Shown: positions 57,949 through 64,000 of the stretch, in pieces
How the letters are laid out: the number at the start of each line of letters is the position of its first letter
Numbering within the stretch: the first letter of the stretch is position 1
Assembly (NCBI RefSeq): GCF_056712565.1
Contig: NZ_CM160072.1
Strand: one strand, 5' to 3'
Length of the DNA stretch: 64,000 nucleotides
The notes under the pieces: model-generated
Databases searched by the model: none
What the model was told of the DNA's origin: nothing
Seen by the model: the letters and a program-made list of their open reading frames with translations, nothing else
Program-made: the position numbers and the translations under genes

Positions 57949-59071
57949 AAATAATCCAGATGGCATAAGCTAATAATACATACACAACGGAAAGCGGTGC
58001 TAAAGGCACCAACAACCAGCAACGATGAAACCAGGCGCTAAATGCACCAATAACACAAACTACGCCGACCCAGATAAGCGGGAACATTGCCAACACCACA
58101 CCATGTGGCCCGGTGGTGATGAATTCATTAAACCAGGTAGTGAGATAAATACCAACGCCATAAAGCACAACCAACAGCATAGGAAATATACTGAAGATAC
58201 CGAAGCGGCTAAATAAAAGTCTTTTATGCAGGCGCATACAGACCGCGTAGCCCACAATCCAACGCCGCCAGCGGCGCCACTCCTCACGCGGACTGTTACA
58301 TTCCTGTGGGTATACGATGCAGCGATTCGCCTGCCGAATACGGTAGCCGTTTGCCACCAATGTCCAGGTGAGATCAAGGTCTTCGACTTTAGTACGATCC
58401 GAGAAACCGAACTTACGCAATACATCAGTACGGAACATCCCGCAGGCACCGCTGATGATAAACGGTGCGCCGCCCAGAAGCTGCTGTAGCGTGCGCTTCA
58501 TAACAATCATCGGCAACTTTACGGTCGCGCGGATGTGTAGCTGCTGTAGCGTGCGCTTCATAACAATCATCGGCAACTTTACGGTCGCGCGGATGTGTGG
58601 TAACAGACCCGCGCCTTTCAACGCAGTAGAGGGAATGCCGCCTACGGCATCAGCGCCACGCTCAATTTCCGCCAGCATATAGCCCATTCCGTCTTGATCG
58701 GGCGGAACATAGGTGTCGGCATCACTTAAAAAAACCTGATCGCAGGTGGCGTAATTGAGGCCATTCATCAGCGCACCACCTTTACCGGTATTTTTTTGCG
58801 TGACGGCAACAAAGCGGTCGCCCCATTTGCGTTTGACTTCCGCCATGACCGCTTCGGTATTGTCCATGGAGCCGTCGTTAACGCAAATTACCCGGCAAAA
58901 ATAAGGGTTACGCAGCAGATTATCCAGTGACTGCGCCAGACACGGGCCTTCGTTATAAGCAGGTATAATGGCGTCAATACAGCCTTTCTTTTGGCTGGGC
59001 TTACGCCTTAACGTACTCAGAAACCATAGCAATATTGCTACGGCCATACATATAAAGATCCAGGTTTTCAT
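57815..59071 (-). CDS. yaiP: Family-2 glycosyltransferase YaiP, carrying an in-frame 20-aa tandem duplication
   Basis: 418 aa (398 expected without the duplication); glycosyltransferase-like N-terminus, C-terminal membrane segments. Confidence 0.85.
   Translation of the reverse strand: MKTWIFICMAVAILLWFLSTLRRKPSQKKGCIDAIIPAYNEGPCLAQSLDNLLRNPYFCRVICVNDGSMDNTEAVMAEVKRKWGDRFVAVTQKNTGKGGALMNGLNYATCDQVFLSDADTYVPPDQDGMGYMLAEIERGADAVGGIPSTALKGAGLLPHIRATVKLPMIVMKRTLQQLHIRATVKLPMIVMKRTLQQLLGGAPFIISGACGMFRTDVLRKFGFSDRTKVEDLDLTWTLVANGYRIRQANRCIVYPQECNSPREEWRRWRRWIVGYAVCMRLHKRLLFSRFGIFSIFPMLLVVLYGVGIYLTTWFNEFITTGPHGVVLAMFPLIWVGVVCVIGAFSAWFHRCWLLVPLAPLSVVYVLLAYAIWIIYGLIAFFTGREPQRDKPTRYSALVEVSTAYSHPSVTGTEKLSEA
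58481..58600. repeat. Tandem duplication of a 60-bp unit (units differ at 1 position) inside yaiP
   Basis: ctgctgtagcgtgcgcttcataacaatcatcggcaactttacggtcgcgcggatgtgt occurs twice consecutively. Confidence 0.9.
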
Positions 59072-59080
59072 GCAATTTGC

Positions 59081-59767
59081 TCAAAGAATCATTTTATGAA
59101 TAACAAAACCTTCACCCAGATCGCTATTGACCTGTTGCCCGCGAAATTGAGCAACTGCACGCAGACGCTCCGGGCGCATATAATCTCGCTGGCTCTGACT
59201 TTTATGTTTTTTTAACGCAGTCAGTTTAAGAGAAAAATATTCTTCTTTCACGGATTCAAAAACCTGAGGCATAAATGAAAGCCAGGTACTTGGTGTTTCA
59301 TAGCCGAGAATTTGCGGAATAGCGCGACAGGCAACCATTGAGGCTTGATAGACTGCAAGATGATCCTGATGGCGGTCAGCATCATGCATGGTATATACAC
59401 GTATAATTTCAACATCAGAGGGAATTTGATTTTTTATGATGTTTTCCAGGGCAGAAATCATATCATTGAGCTGTAAATGAGCGCGGGTGTCAGCAAAATT
59501 AAGATGAATAGTTTGGTGGCACCCTAATATCTTTAGAGCGTTGCGTGATTCTTCGTGGCGATCGATTATTCCATCTACGCCAGAATTACCGGTAGTCATC
59601 ACTACGGTAGCAATATAAATTCCTTTTTGCGCAAGGCGAGCTAGCGATGCGCCACAGCCTAATTCTATATCGTCAGGATGCGCGCCAATGGCAAGGATAC
59701 CCTTTCTTTTATTTGCCGAAGAAAGGATCGCTGAATCTAAAACCTTATCCACTTTATGACACTCCAT
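59081..59767 (-). CDS. yaiS: PIG-L/LmbE-family deacetylase YaiS
   Basis: AIGAHPDDIELGCG motif near the N-terminus; start may lie further in. Confidence 0.8.
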   Translation of the reverse strand: MECHKVDKVLDSAILSSANKRKGILAIGAHPDDIELGCGASLARLAQKGIYIATVVMTTGNSGVDGIIDRHEESRNALKILGCHQTIHLNFADTRAHLQLNDMISALENIIKNQIPSDVEIIRVYTMHDADRHQDHLAVYQASMVACRAIPQILGYETPSTWLSFMPQVFESVKEEYFSLKLTALKKHKSQSQRDYMRPERLRAVAQFRGQQVNSDLGEGFVIHKMIL

Positions 59768-60359
59768 TTTATTTATTATACTACAAGCACAACGACGCCC
59801 CCAGAGACGTAACCTCTGACGCAGACAGATGCTAATTTTTAAGTGTTAAAAATAGCTGATAGCTGAAAAACAAGGGGCTGTCAGGTACGGGGGTAAGAGT
59901 GTGTAATCTTTTATGTAGTTCATATGTTAAGTGTTTGTGTGTTTGGTTTGTATGGTTATTTTATTTTATATATTGTATTTAAATGTGATTTAGTTTGTCA
60001 ATTAATTGCATATTAAAAATATGTTCTATGCACAAATATTGATTATATACATTATGTGAATACATTATGTGGTTGATTGAGAATGATACATTTATATATG
60101 CAATGTGAATATAATGGTTTCATTATATGTGTTGCTGTTAATAAAATAACAGACATTAGAACCTGCTTGTTTATGCATTAATAAAATGAAGTGCAGTAAT
60201 TTACTGAGTTATCAGAGTGGGCGTAATTGCATATTTAATCTTTCCTTTGCCGCTTTTTTGCTAAGAATAAAATCATCTGTACGATAACGACTAATTCTTT
60301 TAATGAATGTTTTTATTCCTGAATACTGCTCCCATAACAAGACGGGGGAGCAGACAATC

Positions 60360-61322
60360 ATGGTAATTTCATCGCGTAACACATTTCTTGCCGCACTGGC
60401 ATTCATCGCTTTTCAGGCGCAGGCGGTGAACGTCACCGTGGCGTATCAAACCTCCGCCGAACCGGCGAAAGTGGCTCAGGCCGACAACACCTTTGCTAAA
60501 GAAAGCGGAGCAACCGTGGACTGGCGTAAGTTTGACAGTGGAGCCAGCATCGTGCGGGCGCTGGCTTCGGGCGATGTGCAAATCGGCAACCTCGGTTCCA
60601 GCCCGTTAGCGGTTGCAACCAGCCAACAGGTGCCGATTGAAGTCTTCTTGCTGGCGTCAAAACTGGGTAACTCCGAAGCGCTGGTGGTAAAGAAAACTAT
60701 CAGTAAACCGGAAGACTTGATTGGTAAACGCATCGCCGTACCGTTTATCTCCACCACCCACTACAGCCTGCTGGCGGCGCTGAAACACTGGGGTATTAAA
60801 CCTGGGCAAGTTGAGATTGTGAACCTGCAGCCGCCCGCAATTATCGCCGCATGGCAGCGGGGAGATATTGATGGTGCTTATGTCTGGGCACCGGCGGTTA
60901 ACGCCCTGGAAAAAGATGGCAAGGTGCTGACCGATTCTGAACAGGTCGGGCAGTGGGGCGCGCCGACACTGGACGTCTGGGTCGTGCGGAAAGATTTTGC
61001 CGAGAAACATCCAGAGGTCGTGAAAGCGTTCGCTAAAAGCGCCATCGATGCTCAGCAACCGTACATTGCTAACCCAGACGCGTGGCTGAAACAGCCGGAA
61101 AACATCAGCAAACTGGCGCGGTTAAGCGGCGTGCCGGAAGGTGACGTTCCGGGGCTGGTGAAGGGAAATACCTATCTGACGCCGCAGCAACAAACGGCAG
61201 AACTGACCGGACCGGTGAACAAAGCGATCATCGACACCGCGCAGTTTTTGAAAGAGCAGGGCAAAGTCCCGGCTGTAGCGAATGATTACAGCCAGTACGT
61301 TACCTCGCGCTTCGTGCAATAA
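60360..61322 (+). CDS. tauA: Taurine ABC transporter periplasmic binding protein TauA
   Basis: 320 aa from MVISSRN with GGGGAG upstream and a signal peptide; long AT-rich upstream region. Confidence 0.95.
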   Translation: MVISSRNTFLAALAFIAFQAQAVNVTVAYQTSAEPAKVAQADNTFAKESGATVDWRKFDSGASIVRALASGDVQIGNLGSSPLAVATSQQVPIEVFLLASKLGNSEALVVKKTISKPEDLIGKRIAVPFISTTHYSLLAALKHWGIKPGQVEIVNLQPPAIIAAWQRGDIDGAYVWAPAVNALEKDGKVLTDSEQVGQWGAPTLDVWVVRKDFAEKHPEVVKAFAKSAIDAQQPYIANPDAWLKQPENISKLARLSGVPEGDVPGLVKGNTYLTPQQQTAELTGPVNKAIIDTAQFLKEQGKVPAVANDYSQYVTSRFVQ

Positions 61323-61334
61323 AAGGAGGCGCAG

Positions 61335-62102
61335 ATGCTGCAAATTTCTCATCTTTACGCCGATTATGGCGGCAAACCGGCACTGGAAGATATCAACCTG
61401 ACGCTGGAAAGCGGCGAGCTTCTGGTAGTTCTGGGGCCGTCTGGCTGCGGCAAAACTACGTTGCTGAATTTGATTGCTGGTTTTGTGCCTTATCAGCATG
61501 GCAGCATTCAACTGGCGGGTAAGGGTATTCAGGGACCGGGAGCAGAGCGTGGCGTAGTTTTTCAGAATGAAGGGCTGTTACCGTGGCGCAATGTACAGGA
61601 CAACGTGGCGTTCGGCCTGCAACTGGCAGGTGTAGAGAAAATGCAGCGACTGGAAATCGCACACCAGATGGTGAAAAAAGTCGGGCTGGAAGGCGCAGAA
61701 AAACGCTACATCTGGCAGCTTTCCGGTGGTCAACGTCAGCGGGTGGGGATTGCCCGCGCGTTGGCGGCAAATCCCCAGCTGTTATTACTCGACGAACCGT
61801 TTGGTGCGCTGGACGCCTTCACCCGCGACCAGATGCAAACTCTGCTGCTGAAACTCTGGCAGGAGACGGGAAAGCAGGTGCTGTTGATTACCCACGATAT
61901 AGAAGAAGCGGTGTTTATGGCGACTGAACTGGTTCTGCTTTCACCCGGCCCAGGCCGTGTGCTGGAGCGGCTGCCGCTCAACTTTGCTCGCCGCTTTGTT
62001 GCGGGAGAGTCGAGCCGCAGCATCAAGTCCGATCCACAATTCATCGCCATGCGCGAATATGTTTTAAGCCGCGTATTTGAGCAACGGGAGGCGTTCTCAT
62101 GA
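61335..62102 (+). CDS. tauB: Taurine ABC transporter ATPase TauB
   Basis: 255 aa with Walker [10 protein letters not shown] and signature LSGGQRQR. Confidence 0.95.
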   Translation: MLQISHLYADYGGKPALEDINLTLESGELLVVLGPSGCGKTTLLNLIAGFVPYQHGSIQLAGKGIQGPGAERGVVFQNEGLLPWRNVQDNVAFGLQLAGVEKMQRLEIAHQMVKKVGLEGAEKRYIWQLSGGQRQRVGIARALAANPQLLLLDEPFGALDAFTRDQMQTLLLKLWQETGKQVLLITHDIEEAVFMATELVLLSPGPGRVLERLPLNFARRFVAGESSRSIKSDPQFIAMREYVLSRVFEQREAFS

Positions 62103-62926
62103 GTGTGCTCATTAATGAAAAACTGCATTCGCATCGGCTGAAATGGCGCTGGCCGCTCTCGCGTCAGGTGACCTTAAGCATTGGTACGTTAGCGGTTTTG
62201 CTCACTGTATGGTGGGCAGTCGCGGCGCTGCAACTGATTAGCCCGCTGTTTTTGCCGCCACCGCAACAGGTACTGGCAAAACTGCTCACCATTGCCGGGC
62301 CGCAGGGATTTATGGACGCCACGCTGTGGCAGCATCTGGCAGCCAGCCTGACGCGCATTGTGCTGGCGCTACTCGCGGCGGTGTTGATCGGTATTCCGGT
62401 CGGGATCGCCATGGGGCTAAGCCCGACGGTGCGCGGCATTCTGGATCCGATAATCGAGCTTTATCGTCCGGTGCCGCCGCTGGCTTATTTGCCGCTGATG
62501 GTGATCTGGTTTGGTATTGGCGAAACCTCGAAGATCTTACTGATCTATCTAGCGATTTTTGCGCCGGTGGCGATGTCGGCGCTGGCGGGGGTGAAAAGCG
62601 CGCAGCAGGTTCGCATTCGTGCCGCCCAGTCGCTGGGTGCCAGCCGTGCGCAGGTGCTGTGGTTTGTCATTTTGCCCGGCGCGCTGCCGGAAATCCTCAC
62701 CGGATTACGCATTGGTCTGGGTGTGGGCTGGTCTACGCTGGTGGCGGCGGAGCTGATTGCCGCAACGCGCGGTTTAGGATTTATGGTTCAGTCAGCGGGT
62801 GAATTTCTCGCGACTGACGTGGTGCTGGCGGGGATCGCGGTGATTGCGATTATCGCCTTTCTTTTAGAACTGGGTCTGCGCGCGTTACAGCGCCGCCTGA
62901 CGTCCTGGCATGGAGAAGTACAATGA
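62099..62926 (+). CDS. tauC: Taurine ABC transporter permease TauC
   Basis: 275-aa membrane protein overlapping the tauB stop. Confidence 0.95.
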   Translation: MSVLINEKLHSHRLKWRWPLSRQVTLSIGTLAVLLTVWWAVAALQLISPLFLPPPQQVLAKLLTIAGPQGFMDATLWQHLAASLTRIVLALLAAVLIGIPVGIAMGLSPTVRGILDPIIELYRPVPPLAYLPLMVIWFGIGETSKILLIYLAIFAPVAMSALAGVKSAQQVRIRAAQSLGASRAQVLWFVILPGALPEILTGLRIGLGVGWSTLVAAELIAATRGLGFMVQSAGEFLATDVVLAGIAVIAIIAFLLELGLRALQRRLTSWHGEVQ

Positions 62927-63774
62927 GTGAACGTCTGAGCATTACCCCGCTGGGGCCGTATATTGGCGCACAAATTACGGGGGCCGACTTAACGCGCCCG
63001 TTAAGCGATAATCAGTTTGAACAGCTTTACCATGCGGTGCTGCGCCATCATGTGGTGTTTCTGCGCGATCAAGCTATTACGCCGCAGCAGCAACGCGCGC
63101 TGGCCCAGCGTTTTGGCGAGCTGCATATTCACCCTGTTTACCCTCATGCTGAAGGGGTTGACGAGATCATCGTCCTGGATACCCATAACGATAATCCGCC
63201 GGATAACGACAACTGGCACACCGATGTGACATTTATTCAAACGCCACCCGCAGGGGCGATTCTGGCGGCGAAAGAGTTACCCTCGACCGGCGGCGATACG
63301 CTCTGGGCCAGTGGTATTGCCGCATATGAGGCGCTCTCTGTTCCCTTCCGCCAGCTGTTGAGCGGGTTGCGTGCGGAGCATGATTTCCGTAAATCGTTCC
63401 CGGAATACAAGTACCGCAAAACCGAGGCTGAGCATCAACGCTGGCGTGAGGCGGTCGCGAAAAATCCACCGTTGCTACATCCGGTGGTGCGAACGCATCC
63501 GGTGACCGGTAAACAGGCGCTGTTTGTGAACGAAGGTTTTACCACACGAATTGTTGATGTCAGCGAGAAAGAGAGCGAAGCCTTGTTAGGTTTTTTGTTT
63601 GCCCATATCACTAAACCGGAGTTTCAGGTGCGCTGGCGCTGGCAACCGAATGATATTGCGATTTGGGATAACCGCGTGACTCAGCACTATGCCAATGCGG
63701 ATTACCTGCCACAGCGGCGGATTATGCATCGGGCGACGATTCTTGGGGATATTCCGTTTTATCGGGCGGGGTAA
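62923..63774 (+). CDS. tauD: Taurine dioxygenase TauD (alpha-ketoglutarate-dependent)
   Basis: 283 aa; HxD...H motif. Confidence 0.95.
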   Translation: MSERLSITPLGPYIGAQITGADLTRPLSDNQFEQLYHAVLRHHVVFLRDQAITPQQQRALAQRFGELHIHPVYPHAEGVDEIIVLDTHNDNPPDNDNWHTDVTFIQTPPAGAILAAKELPSTGGDTLWASGIAAYEALSVPFRQLLSGLRAEHDFRKSFPEYKYRKTEAEHQRWREAVAKNPPLLHPVVRTHPVTGKQALFVNEGFTTRIVDVSEKESEALLGFLFAHITKPEFQVRWRWQPNDIAIWDNRVTQHYANADYLPQRRIMHRATILGDIPFYRAG

Positions 63775-63781
63775 GGGGGAA

Positions 63782-63805
63782 ATGCCGGGTTGGATAACCC
63801 GGCAT
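63782..63805. terminator. Hairpin between convergent tauD and hemB (bidirectional terminator candidate)
   Basis: atgccgggtt / aacccggcat 10-bp stem with 4-nt loop. Confidence 0.55.
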
Positions 63806-63813
63806 AATGATCA

Positions 63814-64000
63814 TTAACGCAGAATCTTCTTCTCAGCCAAATCCAGCGCAAAGTAGCTGAAAATCAGATCCGCACCCGCACGCTTAATCGAACCTAAGCT
63901 TTCGAGCACGACTTTCTCTTCATCTATAGCACCCGCCAGCGCGGCGAACTTAATCATCGCGTACTCACCGCTCACCTGATACGCGCCAATCGGCAATTCA
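63814..64000 (-). CDS. hemB: Porphobilinogen synthase HemB, C-terminal part; 5' end lies beyond the window
   Basis: Translation ends ...[19 protein letters not shown]; frame open to the window end. Confidence 0.85.

Noticed and set aside
58481-58600. Possible CRISPR array or minisatellite
   Set aside because: Only two copies, no spacers, no cas genes, and it lies inside the yaiP reading frame; interpreted as a simple tandem duplication.

Overview
This window reads as a contiguous Escherichia coli chromosomal segment, colinear with the K-12 ykg-bet-yah-prp-cod-lac-frm-tau-hemB region but clearly not K-12. Gene identities come from reading the supplied translations and from remembered gene order; no alignments or database searches were run. 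Order: rclR (3' part) - ykgEFG - ykgH - [about 6 kb islet: autotransporter, two LuxR-type regulators, candidate invertible DNA switch, FimB/FimE-family recombinase] - betA-betB-betI / betT - pdeL - yahB - yahC - yahD - yahEFG - yahI - yahJ - [small hypothetical gene + LsrB-like sugar ABC transporter] - yahK - yahN - yahO - prpR / prpBCDE - codBA - lacA-lacY-lacZ-lacI - yaiL - frmB-frmA-frmR - yaiO - yaiX - yaiP - yaiS - tauABCD - hemB (3' part). Relative to K-12 as I recall it, cynRTSX (codA-lacA), the mhp cluster (lacI-yaiL) and yahL are absent, and yaiX is uninterrupted. The most interesting locus is the islet between ykgH and betA: a recombinase next to a 246-bp AT-rich segment bracketed by perfect 12-bp inverted repeats, directly upstream of a LuxR regulator and an autotransporter. 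From memory this resembles the ipuA-ipuS-ipuR-upaE phase switch of uropathogenic E. coli, so it is probably a known system rather than a new one. No rRNA, tRNA, CRISPR array, IS element or prophage was recognised.
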